DNA of 64,000 bases, from contig CM060733.1 of assembly GCA_030704615.1 (NCBI GenBank), forward strand, positions 4,402,001 to 4,466,000, in the 5' to 3' direction. Below are positions 1-17,027 of this stretch, in pieces; position 1 is the stretch's first letter; each line of letters starts with the position of its first letter. Source of the stretch: Takakia lepidozioides (taxonomy: Eukaryota > Plantae > Bryophyta). Below the pieces are notes generated by a model. The model was not told where the DNA came from. It searched no databases and was given only the letters and a program-made list of their open reading frames with translations. The translations under genes and the position numbers were made by a program.

Positions 1-186
1 AGTCCAGCAGCCATACGAAACCAATAGCAGCATCACACTTCAAACGTGGAAGAACAAATGATCCAACAACTTGCACATCTGGCAGAGCACACTGGAGTCC
101 AGCAGCCATACGAAACCAATAGCAGCATCACACTTCAAACGTGGAAGAACAACATGATCCAACAACTTGCACATCTGGCAGAGCAC
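1..186. repeat. Tandem duplication, about 95-bp unit, 2 copies (may continue left of the window)
   Basis: agtccagcagccatacgaaacc...ctggcagagcac starts at 1 and at 96. Confidence 0.85.
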
Positions 187-1296
187 CCTCATACTAACTT
201 AGATACTGACAGAGGAGTGAGGAACATTCACAGTGCAGCAACACCTTGGCAATGAAATGCCTATTGAACCCCTGGGTATTGGCATGAGAAATCTAGCCAA
301 AGAAATCAACAAGCTTAAAAAATTCTGTTTACGATGCATAACAACAAGTCTGGGTCATAACTTTGCTTCAGCCAACTTTATTGTCCTATGCAACCGTCCT
401 GAACTCAACAAAATTCTTCACAGCTAACCCTACCTTGAATGCTTACTGTTCAACTCCCACCTCTCATATCACATGAAGACAGCAGGGAAGGAGGATAAGA
501 TAGCATGTGCATGTATGTACGCTGTGTCCACATTCCTCAATTTCCTGCCCTGAGAGCACAAACTTCACCCTAGTCCTGTATCCAAGATACCACGCTTTGT
601 GGTCCACCAAGGTATTTGATGTCTACATGGAGAAGTTGAATACTCTAGCGGAGCTGATTCAGAGTCTGGTTATCAAAAAAGGAATAGACACTGTACAAAG
701 AGAGCCTAAGATGCGGAAAAGAAAGGAAATAACGACCACCCCAAGACTAGCTCACAATACGAGCTTTCACTACTCTACTCTTACCTCCACTGAATCTGCT
801 AATACTACGAAAACCTGAAACAATGGCCCCAAGAATGAAAGGCAAAACTTTCCGCGAGGAAAAATAAAGTGGGGATGTTTCCAGTATAAATGCCTGATGC
901 CTAAAAGCTTCTGACAGCAGCACACTTTGGCTGCCAGAAGACGTATGTCAATACCTCCTGACCGATGCACTTCGTGAAGAGTAGCAGCCCATTTGGTCAA
1001 TGGTACATAATGACCCATCTACAAAACCACTCCCAATGTCCCATGCCAAGTTACCTGCAGGAGTAAAATACACTACAGTGCAAGTGAACCCGATTTCCAC
1101 AAAACAAATGAAAAGAAGATGTTGTAACGGGAGTAAGGGAAACCTAAACATCTACGAGAAACTTGCTAACCACCAGATGAGATGGTTACTATCAGTATCA
1201 GAGTTGAATGTTGTGCAAAGCATATCAGGTGCCTCATGGTCAGTGTTAATGGTGAGACTCATAGTGGTGTGAGATGTTAGAAGCCAGAGAGTGTAT

Positions 1297-3665
<2,369 letters not shown>

Positions 3666-6600
3666 CTACCTCCTCGCAGTCATTCATCCCACCGTTGTAG
3701 TGACATGCCAACAGATTCCTCAGCCTCACGCCCTGTCCGATATCAATGGACACTTCCTTTGATGAGAAGCTCACTCATCACAGCGACAGTTACATTCCAA
3801 GCGGCCCCGTGAAAATCTTTTTCTCCAGGAAGAACACCGGCCTTCTCCGAGATCTACGACACAACTCGCCCCGCACTATCTGACAGGTGAGATACCAAGA
3901 AAAACGGCGAACCTGCCATACCCGAACACTACTGCCAGCGCAACACCGATAAGCACAACACTGTGATGCTCTTCAGAAGCTTACGTCGATTGCACCGCAT
4001 CACCAAAACCTACTCCCCTCCCTGCATCCAAGGTCGCAACTCGCCACCTCACTACACAACAAGCACACAAGTAGAGACGCGTCCAACAGCCTTAAGCTGC
4101 GCTTTTCCGCCTCGATGCGGTCGCTGCCGTGGAACGACAGCACGCACGCAGCGCAGAGTGGCAGCAGCTATGGAGGCCGAGCAAGAGTGGAAGATGGAGA
4201 GAGACGATAGACACAAACCCCGAGGCCAGGTGCACAGTCTCGTGCTAGTGGGCCTCCTGCTATCCCTGCCACCTGGACTCTCCCCATTCGCTTTCCCGGC
4301 CGACCTCTAACCTTCCGGGTTCGCCTCGCTACCCTGGCCGCATTGCTCAGTCAACATTGAATAGCCACGGACCACGTGGCCCCCCATAATTCCTCGCAAT
4401 TCAGCCGGTCCCCTTACTATATCGAAAATATTACTAGAAGTGTGGGTTTTCAGGTTTCGAGCTCGGGACCGACAGTATGGATCGCAGCTACAAATGCCGC
4501 GGCGGGGCATGCGGCCGACCGCGCGGTGCACAGAGCGGTCACGCCGAGCTGTCAACTCGGCTTCCCAACCGTCGCTAGCGAACTAGTGGCTACTTTTTTA
4601 CTAGCGCCCTCACTTCACGCTCTCTGTATTCATTCACTAAATTAGCTGCAGGCTAATTCTATTTACGAGTCATTTCTGAAGCTCATTAATTTGTCAGCAG
4701 TTAGTTAATCTCAAGGTACCGGACGTTATAACGGAGATGGATGATAAGTTGCTCTGTACATGAGACACGTTGGTGCAGAACGGCTATAGCAACGGCTACC
4801 TTCCCACACGACACAAATGGATTCGATAGCCACAGTTTAGCCACGGTCAACTGGATGGATGAACATGCTCTCACTTTTCATCCAGTAGGATATCTAGTAT
4901 GCGCGTCGGCGACCGGTGTTGGCTGTGTCAGCAAACTGACCGTTAGTTAGAAAGCCACAAAGAAACTTAATTTCGAGCTCCTTCTGACTTCCACGATACA
5001 ATCTTGGATGGCAACAAGCAATCTGTTGTTTGCAGCCACGCTGTACTTGGGCTCTGCAGGTCGGAACACAACGGCCCGGGTCAGCCCACAAAGATCAGAC
5101 AGTGACACTCCGAGGACGCCTTCAGTTGCTACTATACCCCTACTATACGAAGTAACATCGACATAGCTGGAAGGAAAGCTCCAGTTTGTGTAAATCAAGT
5201 CGGAAAGCTGAAATTCAGTAGCTACATAGCAGCCAGCGAAAAATCAGAGCCCTGAGAGAGAAAGAGAGAAGTATCGCCGCCCCTAGCCATGCGAATGCAT
5301 GCATATCACGAAAACAATTGCATAGAAATTGATTCGCAAAGAAGAAAAAAATTGCGCTGACGAGATATCTTCACATTTGTTTTTGGAACTCAAAAGTCTC
5401 AACCAGGAATGTAAGAGTGAGATTTGGAATCAAATCAAAGACTCCAACTTGTAACAGATGGTACTCTTTCTCACTCCTTTCTCATTTTTGAATTCCGCGT
5501 GAGAGAAGGATTCAGACTGCTGGGCCCGAAACTGCCTAGTCCCGCCCAATTACCATTTGATCACTTCGAGCACACCAGCTGAGAAAATGAAGAGGGCATA
5601 ACACCAAAGAATTCAAAAGAGTTACAAGGGAAAAGGTGCATTGAATATATCCTTCGGTGGCTAAATCAGGTTATCATCTTGGATTTATACAAAACAACGT
5701 TGGGAATCATATAGAGAGAAGAGAAGACTCCGGCCAAAGGTAGCGTAAATAAGAGCCACTTCTCCTAGCGAGTACTGCCCCGAATCATATGTGAATCATA
5801 TACGTAGATATATATGTCATGTGTATGCCCTAGTTGAGTTCAACTTTCAGCAGTACTTACAGCACCAATCTAGCAGGAGAATTTTCTGGTTTTAACAATC
5901 TTGCAAGCTTGAGCTCATGACATGTTAATTATGTGATGTGAGCTTTGATCAGCTTTCCAGACTCCAGGAACCAAAAAAACTGAAGGGGAAGTAAGTCCAT
6001 GACTCCATATAACCAGAACTGCTGATATCAAAGAGGTCTGAATTTGGACAGACAATATAGCACGTGCCCGCCTTTCAATTATGGTGTAAACCCAATGGAA
6101 TAGTAGTAGAAGGCAGCCATTGTTGTGGAAATGTGGTTCACTCCAACAGCAATGCAAAGAAGTGAGAGTCTGAGGCATTTGCGCGCTACTTGAGCCATGA
6201 TAGTGCAAGGTTAGCCTTCATCGCATCAGATTCCTAGTACCTGATATTTGCTTTAGATTTCAGCGGTAGATGAGACGTAGTACAGATGTGTAGCCAGGTT
6301 GATATAGTGACGATACTAGTTTTATGAATTTGCACAAGCTTTATAAATCTACATCTTGTTTGCGTGTACTGGTCCTCCACACACGGTTACTAAGGTGACG
6401 ATCTCCGGACACTTAGCTACGTCTGGTGGCTTTCTGAACCGTCCACAGGGAACTTCCCTCAAGAATAGTACACGACCAAATAGGGCACAATAGAGGATGA
6501 ATTGTAGATGGTGTCGAAACACACTTCAAGTCATTGTGGGTGCATCAAGAGAGCAAAGAAAGAGTGAGGGAATTTCACAATGTCCATGGAAAGTTTTGGG

Positions 6601-8879
6601 ACAAGAATGCACAACAAATAAACAAACTTTGAGAGACACAGAGATCAGGAATTTAAAGAAAAAATAATTTATGTAACGTATAACCAGCTAGTGCTCATCA
6701 GGGTTCAGGATATGAGAGATTTGGTACACAACTTTGGGAGCTAGTCTATAGAATGGCAGCACCTTTTATAAGAATTTAAGATTTTGAATAAAAGACCAAC
6801 AGAGCGGACTTTTCTTAGAATCCTAAAAGTGATAAGCATGGTCAGCTGGCATCCCTCAACAAGCTGTACCCGCAGTGCTGCCTAAGCTTGCTCATACTCC
6901 CCCCCCCCACACCACAAGGCGAGCCCCTATTGCTCCAAAAGGAGCTAATGCAACTGTAGAGGCCACTGCAATGACTGTCTATCTAATTTTGAAGCTGGCA
7001 ATGAAGGACCTAGATAAGAGTGGCACTCCCTCCTAAGGCAAAAGCAAAGGTTGATCAATTTTATAACAGCTAATATTTGTATTGGATTGGCGAGCGCGTC
7101 CATGTCGATGCCTAACTCGTCCCGCGCATATGCTTTAGCTATACAATGAACTTAACAAGCATGGGAGCCAATGCAGATTCGGTTTCACCCTCGAAAACTG
7201 ATGACCTGCATATCGGCTCCACTAGCCTACTGTCCCATTTTTATACCAGAAATGTAACCTGGGCAACCTTGACACCCCGACAGATGTAATTGCTTGGAGA
7301 GAAGGTGGGTGATTGTTGAGAATTCATTCTTGAGAAACTCATGTCTGTGATTAGCTGCAACTCTCAAACAAATGTGATTGCAGCACATTTCTCGAAATTG
7401 TTATAAGTTTCTTTGCATCGGAACCCCGCTTGCAACATGGACTGCTTGGGCAACTAATCGACCTTAATTACATGTCCATAATGTTGTAATACCATTCAAG
7501 CTCTGTGATAAATTTGGTCTGCTAATCCAGTTTCAATTCATCTTTCATTGTTTATTGCACCTATAACTTAAGATCTGATTATTGAGATCCATGTATATCG
7601 CGTAAAGTAATATACCTCACGACTCTCAATGTCAGCAAGCTTCGTGTTCCGTTGGGAGAAATTGACTGACACAAACTCCCCAATGGCCATGCTGCAACCT
7701 CCATCAACCAAACCTGCCTATCTGCTAGGGACCAGATGGTCTTCCTTTGGAGATGGATCCGGCTCCCGAGGGAGGCGATCGACACAAGCCCGACTGTTAC
7801 CCCCCAATAGTACCAGTGCTCTCATTAACCGAGGAGCCCTATGAGAATATGGCTAGCACTTGGTACACGTTGGACATAAATAAGGGGTCAGACCTCTACT
7901 TAAGCACCTTCTCCGAGCAGAAAAACACCAGCAATCTTACATGCAAACAAGCCCACCTTGAGGTTTGCGCAGTCCAATGTATCATGTGCTGCTCAAGTAA
8001 TATTTTATTATGATGTCCCATCCTACGATACATATGTTGTGTGCACCCATTGAACCAACAACACTTGCAAATTGATTGTAGTGCCTAACTCCTGAAGACC
8101 AAGTTATCTCTTTGAAGATCGAATGAGAGAAAACAATGGAGCGGGATAATACAGACAGACCAACTCAGGGGCTCACTTATTCAAAGGAACAATGTCCTCC
8201 AAAGTCAAGAAAATATAGCTTCCTCATTTAACATTCCATGAGTTTACAGTGTGCATCTACTTGGTTGTCACATTGGCTTTCCATATTGTTTAATTTCTCA
8301 CACGTAGTTGATCGCACCTTACCTTCATCTCATCTAATTGGTACTAGCTGCCCAGACGGCCTAAAGCTTATCGTCAGCGCGTTTATAGGCATCCGTCTAT
8401 GAAATGGCTCATTTCTAACCGGAAACATTGTAGACTTGCAATAATCTTTGGACTCCTCCATGACGTTCTTCAAGCCTCCTCTAAGCTCATTGATGATGAC
8501 ATATGCAAATTTTCTGTCTTGTAAATATAAACTTTTCTTGTGGGAATCCACATTTGTGGCGCCAATCTCAGCCAAAAAAAAAAAATCTCGCCATGATATC
8601 TTAGTTGCATGGTGTCTATTATTACATCATGCAAGGTGGCCATGCTTGCATGACCCATACTTATGAGCTCTTTAAAATGTATGCTCTACATAAGAGCGGT
8701 CAAATTAAAAACTTTCCGCCCCCACTCAATTATCATGTGCGAGTGTTCCACGTAGTGCCATCAAAGAGATGCAAAGAGATGCAAAGAAATGGTGCATATA
8801 TAAGTGCATAGATTACTACACCTAAAACCAAAAATCTATTCAATATCATTATTGCTCTCATGACTTGTACTAAGTACGT

Positions 8880-9110
8880 CCCAAAGTCACTCCAAGGCTT
8901 CGGCTCTCCTTTCTCTGATCTACAACGACCTACTAATAGAATTAAAAAAAACGTGGGCCAAATATGTTGCGGACTGCCAGAGGGCTCTCCGACAAGCGGC
9001 CGCATTCCATGCCGCCTTCAGGGCTTCGTGGGCATGCCATGGCATCATTTGTCAAAGCGACAAGCAAGATCAATGCACCTCTCCCCCCTCTCCCCTCAAC
9101 GCTGGAGAAA
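8880..9110 (+). pseudogene. Possible decayed LINE ORF2 C-terminal fragment
   Basis: One frame reads LIYNDLLIELKKTWAKYVADCQRALRQAAAFHAAFRASWACHGIICQS, reminiscent of plant L1 C-termini. Weak. Confidence 0.25.
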
Positions 9111-9179
9111 CCTCCAAGCTCCTCTCCACCACCTCGCCCGAGTTTGAAAGATATATAAATTGGCTCACGTTTCGCTAGT

Positions 9180-9816
9180 GGGGTTGGTAGAGTGTGAGCA
9201 CACCGGTGAGCACAAATGGCGTGAACACAAACCCACGGTCATGGGGGTTTTATGTTTTTAAACCGTGGTCATAGGAGCTATATGGGAATAAAACCCCAAA
9301 AGCCTAATGAGAAATAAGCACCCATAATGTATATCTATAAGCTCCAAGTTCCATATATCTAGAGCTTTGGTATTCTACAAAAGAATAACACGTTAGAGAA
9401 AAACAAAGTCACAATAACAAACACCATCCAAAACACACAAATACCAAACAATAGTTGAACAATTTAATATAATGAGGCAAACAACGGGTTTCGTTAACGA
9501 AATAGCTGCATAGGTCATTATCCTATAGTTTCGTGGGCGAAACAAAATGTATTATGTTTGGTTTAACCTAACCTAACATAACCTAAACCTAACGAATTAG
9601 GGTGATAGGGTGACTAACCCACGGAAATAGGGTGACTTATCCATCTACGTGTGGCTTGTGCTCACTTGAAGTGTGCTCACATGTGCACAGTTTGGTCCCC
9701 GTGAGCACAAATTTCCAATTTTAGTTTCGCCGCAGCATCTTTCCGAGAATATTCGTGAATTTTTGGGCATTTTTCCTTTTGCTCACGCGAGCACGCGCAT
9801 AGCGTACCCAACCTCC
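9180..9816. mobile_element. Non-autonomous MULE-type MITE
   Basis: Imperfect TIRs GGGGTTGGTA / GGAGGTTGGGTA. Flanks tttcgctagt (9170-9179) and ttttgctagt (9817-9826) form a 10-bp TSD with 1 mismatch. GTGAGC/GCTCAC subterminal motifs and an internal (AACCT)n tract. Confidence 0.55.
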
Positions 9817-11559
9817 TTTTGCTAGTTGCTATGTCACAGTTAGCCCTGTACTTCTACAATTCTTCCTAGTTATTCGTTGCTCTGCTACAACTTTCTCTAT
9901 GAGCATTTCCTGTGTGGTTTAAACTATCTTCGTTCTTTAGACATTCTCTGTTACCTCGAGGTATAGGAACTGGTCCCCTCTCACTAACTACGGTGTGTGT
10001 GCCTCTATGGTGTTTTCAAGGGTTTTATTTTTTTCCCAAATAATTTGAAATAAAATTCCCAGGGCCACTATCCCCTATTCATTATTAATAAATAAATCAA
10101 TCAATAAATAAAAACTCCAAAAATTGTCGCATCAAGCTATATAATTCACATTAACTCAAATCAACTAAACTCCAACAATGAATAGAGCCACGGAAGAAAC
10201 AAATGAAGGAAACAGATGGGGAAGCTTGCATGGACGTGTTTGAGTGTCGTAAAGAGTTGTCGGGGGAGGGCACCATGTCAATCTATATGTGTGACTGTCA
10301 TTCACTTTTCATCTCGTTTTTAATTGCATCACCATCGATTTACATTAGGGCATCCTATATTTTAGCCATCTATTATTTCAAATACATTTTTTATCTAGTT
10401 TGACTTGTTTCTCAATCATATGAAAATAAATAAGAGAAAAAGTTTGCATCTTTTCTATAGGTATATAAATTTTGTGTATATTTGTGATACCATGATTTCT
10501 AATCATTCTGACATTGTTTTTCTATGCAAGGTCAGGGTGGATAGGCTTGCACAGCTAGAGCAACGTTTTGCTACTGTGGCTACTACCCAGGTTACATCAC
10601 TTTTAAGCCCTGAGGATCAAGTTCCACCTCCAGCACAAAATCCAATTCATGCTGCTACAGTTCCTAGAGCGGAGGTAGGTAGTACGGGGTTTATATGTGG
10701 AACTGCATTTGCGGGCCAACCACTACAGGTGGACTCTGTTATTATCCGAGCAGCAAATCGTACGCATGAGTCAAGAAGAGCAGATGAGGATTGCGATTTA
10801 TAGAGGGAGGACGCAAGTTGACAAACAAAGCTTCCACAACCATAATTGATACTAGCAGAGACGATATCTACATCTCCCCAGCTTGCAATTGTACCACAAG
10901 CAGAGACAGAAGTTTCATTGCAGGAAAGAATTCAACATGGTGTATCATTCAAGGCTACTATATAGCAAAATGCAGCTAGTATGTTGTTGGGGGCGGCTAC
11001 GACAAAGGTTCTTCTGAGAGGCGTAGAAAAATAACCACACCAAAGGCCGTAAACGTTTCTCTACGATTTACTGACCAATACCCACATACCATGTCTTGGG
11101 CTATGGAATATTGTCCCAGACTTTGGAATCTTTAGCAAGTGGACAGCGGTGTGTGTGGAGCTGCAAGATCCATCCGTCGAATGCTGGCCATGATGGAGAC
11201 TTTGTAGATAATAAGAAGTAGGGTTACATGCCAAGCACAGGAAATGAGACCGAATAAATTACACACTGGCTTTAATTTGTGCGTTGGTTTAGGCTGACAT
11301 GGATACTTGGGTTGGCCATATTCTTTCTAGCCTAGGCTTGCCGTGCATGTAGGCTACATCAATATAAAGCTGAAACATCAATTGTTCTCAACATGGGGAA
11401 GTGAATAATAGCCCACGTAATTGTCAATGCTCAGATGTCGATCTCTGAAATTTTGTTTTATGATTGATGTTTTGTTGTATGTAGCTCCAATGGCAGTGTC
11501 AGATACATCCATGCTGGCACCCAAAGAGGTATAGAAGGGTGTTGATATGGTAAAATGAG

Positions 11560-13500
11560 AGGATGAGTTCACACCCTGATGGAGTGCCAGCAGCTATGAA
11601 AGTAAGGGAGTTACCAGTGCCCATGGCAGCCAAAGTTTGTGGGGGTTTCTTCATTGGGACGGTCATAGAACTTGGGGTTGCCTTGAGTACATCATTTTAT
11701 TAGAGAAATTGGTAATATCAAACTGTGCAGCTTGTGTCATCCCTTAAGGAACCAGCCTATGCGCATAGGTCAGCATAGACTGTTGGTGGCCAATAGAGTG
11801 AAGCGTCTTTTTTCCAACCTCCCAAAGGAAGAGGGCGATGTGTTTCTGTAGGATTTGCGGTGTGCCAACATCGTAGTTCGACATATGAAGGATGTCACCA
11901 AAAGTTTTGAGGAATGCATTCGAAACTGGAGACATTTGTGAGCCAAGACCACATGCTTTTGATGAACCCCAAACAATGGGAGGCTGTTGATGTTTTGATA
12001 AATGGCACAGAATGCGCAGATTTGTAACCTAATGGGAAATTTCAAAGAGTGGGACGAAGTTCATTCGGGCTGCGACTGCCAAGGTAAACGAGAAGTACAA
12101 ATGTTGTGTTGTTCATCGTCAGTACATAACAGGAGACTTACCATGCGAGATCAAATACCTCTTGACTTGGCAAGAAAAGAAAGGTCTGACATCACAGTTT
12201 TTGGCCGTGATTGAAGGTGTCATAGATGAAATGATGGGAGACGGGAAGGGGTTTGTGGATCTCATCAGGAGTTACATTGCAACAAACCTATCCGTCCACA
12301 AGACTCTCACGAAGGAGGAGCTTGAGGAGGAGGCGAAGAAAGGAGTGAAGGAAGGGGGTTGGACATCACATGTTGCTCTGGCCCTCCTACCCCGGAAGGA
12401 TCCAAGTGATCCAGATCAGCGATTTTGTTTTTTTTTTCCCGGCTCGTTTGGTGTTATTGAGAGTTCTTTTACCAACCAAATGTACAAGTGTACTACTGGT
12501 TGTGTAAATTTGACTTCATCTTTGCTGGAAATTCTTACTAGCTTCATACTGCAAGTTTGTTTGCAAATACATTCAATGGGTCTATTGTCTCTCTCCTCAT
12601 CACAACACATCACAGTACTAATATAGAAGAATGGGAAATATCTTTATTCGCAGTTGGCTAATAAGGTACTTCACGCAGAAAAATCTTGGATAGGAGGATG
12701 AAGACGGCCACGGCTGTGTCATGGCAAGTGGGGGCTGCAAGATTGTAAAAGTTGTCAGCTAGGCCAGCCATTGAATGCACTAATATTGTAACTCTCGAAG
12801 TAGTCTTGGTGGACAATGAAGACAGTGCATTCAGTTCCGGCACACATGCCTCCTCAAGTTTGATTGGATCATCATGGTCACCCCCCACATAATTGTCTTC
12901 ATGGTTCTCGTTGCTACCATCATCAACTATTCTCACTCCTTCGTGTCATTTTTCATATTTCATCGTCAGCACTATGTTATTGGAAAATTCATGGCCCCGA
13001 GGGTGGTTTGTAATTTTCTACCATATGTGTCACATTCGTCGTCATCGGGATCCCGCAGTCCACTCCCTTTCTACACACGGAATGCCGGATGACAACCATT
13101 CTGCAGTAGATACATTCGTACACTTTTAAAGTGTTCTTCTTGTTGCCCCAATACATCGATTGGAAGGGCATGGCAAGTGAGAAATCCCATATTCGCGAGC
13201 ACGGGCTACACGTCGCCAAAGCCTATCACACTATTATACATTAACATTTTTGTGACTACCCTGATAACATTTGGTAACCATGACTACATATGTGACTAGA
13301 GAGTGATGAAACCCATTGTTGAACGCATTTTAATGTATTTTACTCTGATGCAGTCATACATATTACTACATGACTAAGAGCCGCGATAAAAAATGGTTGA
13401 CCATGAATAGAGGCTTGGTTTGCATAACTAGTAGTCATATGCACTACTAGACGTCAAATATGTGTCATATAAGCTTATGACTAAATGCCTACACCACTAC
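11560..13500 (-). pseudogene. Heavily decayed CACTA (En/Spm) TnpD transposase with TGACTA/TAGTCA subterminal repeats
   Basis: Minus-strand remnants: VRMYLLQNGCHPAFRV*KGSGLRDPDDDE (N-terminal transposase-associated region), LFLWEVGKKT..FTLL and SNKMMYS (Transposase_21-like). TGACTA repeats at 13250-13480. Confidence 0.6.
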
Positions 13501-13569
13501 TACACATTGATGACATGTTATAGAAGCTTACGAATACATCATTATATGTGGCATCTTAAGGCATATGCA

Positions 13570-13700
13570 TCCTTGGCTTTGACTTAATTTATTTGATAGA
13601 GGGGATTTCCGCTTGGATGGATTAGGGTTTGATTGTGGCATATGATTATACACTAGGATGTGTGATTAGACAGTGATGTCTGTTGTAGCACAGTGAAGTT
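13570..13700 (+). repeat. Degenerate remnant of the A-to-B terminal repeat junction of the DNMT-Gypsy family
   Basis: ccttggctttgacttaatttatttgatagaggggatttccgcttgg resembles 21477-21525. It is followed by gattgtggcat...ctaggatgtgtgattaga, which resembles the 85-bp B repeat. Confidence 0.45.
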
Positions 13701-14561
13701 ATATCATTAGTAAAGTGTAATTGAATATTTAAATTATAGATTTAAATTTAAATCAAATTTAGACCTCCAACCGGTCCATCAATTGATGAACATAGCAATC
13801 TATAAAACAAATCTCATTAGTATTATATATCTCATACAAATGTGTAAGTTTGGAATCCCTCAATGGAAAATCATATAAAAGGCCCATAAGTTATTTACAG
13901 GTATATGTAATAAAATAATTACAACTTGATTTAAGTGTATACATGGATAAACTAATACACAATATGGATAGAATAATGTTATCTTTGTACGTATCAAAAC
14001 TAGTTTGTATTACTATTTTGTATATATTGTTATGTATTTGTTCATGTACTACATAGGATATGTGCCCATACATACGTATCCCCAGAGCTCTTCGGTTACT
14101 TTGTTCACTTGTCTTTCCCAAGTTTTCTTTTGAACATTATATATAAGAAACAACTTGAACAATTGAGAATTTGCCCAAGCCCAAAATGCCTAAGATCAAG
14201 TGAAGTTTTGCTAAAGGCTTAAGATTAAATTAGCATCTTAAATTTTGTTTTAGAGTCCACAATTATCCCACTTTACATGTGGAATTAGAAAATTTGAAAT
14301 ACAGAATGGTTCTTTTGTAGTTAAGTCATTAAAAAAACGAGTTATTAATATATTTGTTTGTCAGTTAGCTGAAGAACAAACTTGTTTTATGTTCATCTTG
14401 TGGAGTTTTTCATATTAGTGTTCACTTGAGGAAAGTTTTTGAGGTTTTCATTCTGAGGGACATTTATGGTTGTAAAGAAAACTTATTTCACATTTTCGAG
14501 AGTAACTTGGCCCGGATCAGTGAAGGTCTAAAAGCAATTGACAACAAGGTGAAGATCAACC

Positions 14562-14756
14562 ATGGGACAAAAAAGCTCAGGGCTTAATGCTTTATTCAAT
14601 ATGATTCCCAAGTCATTACGACCACAAAATACTGATATGAATGCATCTGTGCTTTGGACTATTTCATCTCTTATGGGCACACTATGGCTTATCCAACCCT
14701 TTGATTGGATTAGTGAACAGCTATCTGGTGATACAGTTGATGGGAAAAAAAAATGA
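14562..14756 (+). CDS. QCR10: Cytochrome bc1 complex 6.7-kDa subunit (QCR10/UCRY-like), intronless, 64 aa; possible retrocopy or diverged paralogue
   Basis: DMNASVLWTISSLMGTLWLIQPFDWISE matches the plant QCR10 pattern D..A...W......G.IW..QPF.WI. Single hydrophobic segment. Confidence 0.65.
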   Translation: MGQKSSGLNALFNMIPKSLRPQNTDMNASVLWTISSLMGTLWLIQPFDWISEQLSGDTVDGKKK

Positions 14757-17027
14757 CAATACCTATGGTGTAGCTTAATGCATTTTGAGTCTATATTGAC
14801 ATACTATTATTGGAGAACTTGTTGTGATGTGATAAATACCTACAGTACGAAATCATTCACAAATATCACTACTCAAACTTTTTGTTTAAGCATATCTTCA
14901 TACACATATGTACGAACATTGTGATGGATATAACCTATTAATGACCAGTTATAACTTCTAAATTCCAATGAACTTGTGGGGTTATGTTGTCACTCAAGTT
15001 TATCATGAATGTAGATCACTTGACATCTTCTGTTTAAGTAACTAAATCTACAAGAATTTGATCACACAACTTGTATGTAGCTTTGTTAATATTTGAGCTT
15101 ATATACTTGAAACAAGAGCATGACATTACTTTGCATAAATTTAAGATATAGTTAATTTTTTGTTGTGTTACATCTTATTTTTGTATATTAAATATGTGAT
15201 TATTTTTTATAAATCTGTTATAAGCTATTCTTATCCTTTATAATCAAATTACTGTGTTGTGACATGGACAATACTCCGGTGTTTTCAATGTAATATAATG
15301 AGTGGTTGTAGACGGTTTTACAAGAGCCAAAAATGTGTCTTGACATAGCTTTGTATGAGTAAGTGCTACATGCTATATTAATTATATTTTCTGTCATAAA
15401 TCTACATATTAAAAAAGGAACATCATTGCACAATTCATTTGATGAAAGATGCATCACGTTAAAAGTACGACAGAATTACTCTTCATATTTATTTAGGCAT
15501 ATGTGCACATTATAATATGTCCTAATCCACCTTACATGGAATATATTTGATATTCTCATTTAGTGTTTCAAACATGATGTTACATAGTTAACCTCAACAA
15601 GCCATATGTGAGGCTCCTATTAAATATCAAAGAACTATTTTTTGAATGTATTTGCATGTAAATACATGAGGATTAATCTCATATTGGTTTGTAAAGTCTC
15701 AAATCCGTCGTCACATGGTTTTTGAACTTCTTTTCAGAAACCACCATAATAAGTGAATCTAATTTATAATAGTATCCGAACAATATGTAAATCATTAAAT
15801 ACACCAATGTGTACACCAATACACCATTGCATATGACCGTTAAAAGATGTTTACTATCCAAAATAAAATAAAAGTAAAGTTTGTTTAACCCCTAAGTGCC
15901 TGCGTGGGCCTCGAGCCATGTTACAACAGGTGTATAGGATCGAGATCTTAACCAAAATTCTTTAAAAAAAATAGGGTGAGAAGGCGCTCCACGTCAGCAA
16001 GACATGTGTAAGACACTAGAAGAAAAACGCGGAATAACCACTCTGTTAACCACTCATTTTGAGTGGTAAAAGACACTAAACCACTTTGGCCCCAGAGTGA
16101 TGAAGAACCAGTGCATTAGGACAAGTGAGTGGTAAAAGACATTACGTGGCACCGGTGGTGTGACATGTCAATGACGTGTCACTGAGATAAACCAACCACT
16201 TATAACGTGTCACAGTGGTAAACTGACGTGTCATAGTGGTAAAGTAACCACTTCCGTTTTGTAGTGGAGACGTGTAAGCCGGTGGTCCGTGGATGATATT
16301 GGAGATTATGTCGACACGTGGCGACACTCTCAGCATGGACACGTGTCGTATGTCAGTGCTACGAAATGGATGGAGTGAAAAATTCAATGATTTCCGAAAC
16401 CATTTGTTGAGTGACCACAAAATGACTCATAGAGTCATTCTATGAAAACTGAGAATATACAATATCACTCACAGAGTGGTTATGTGAGTGGATGACGTCT
16501 CTCAACAAGTCATTGGAATGATTACCCACAGAGTGGTGTGTAAGCTATTTGAGTCATTCATGGTGTCTCTCTGAGTGGGAACTATGGATTGTAGTCATTA
16601 CTAACAGAGTGGTGTGTAAGTGATTAGGAATACCACTGGAGGAATTCATACCACTAGTACAGTAATATATATGTGACTACTTATACCACTATACAAGTGG
16701 TAATGTAGGCAATTGTGTGCATTTGGCTACTCCCACAGTTTTAAATTATACCACTATTACAGTGATGTGCAAGTGATTATGAACATAACTAGAGGAACAC
16801 ATACCACTAGTGTAGTGTTTAAAGAAGTACCATTGGGGATTCAAACTCCACAAAATAGAATAGAATCCCAGAGAGTTAAGTGCTGGAACACTGTCAACAA
16901 AATCCAGCCATGATAAAAGCACTAAGCCTAACTTCTACACGGCGTCTCCGCATGCATGCTAGGAACACTGAACTGTTTTCATGCCTCTTCTCACTGCCAG
17001 CAATGTCTATGCCCGGGCGAACGAAAT

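Noticed and set aside
4300-8800. Many short ORFs upstream of ROP
   Set aside because: No recognisable domains or coherent exon chain, so treated as intergenic.
8860-9147. GLPEGSPTS resembles the retron/LINE RT motif GLPQGSPTSP
   Set aside because: There is no downstream YxDD or other RT motif, and another frame fits a LINE C-terminus better.
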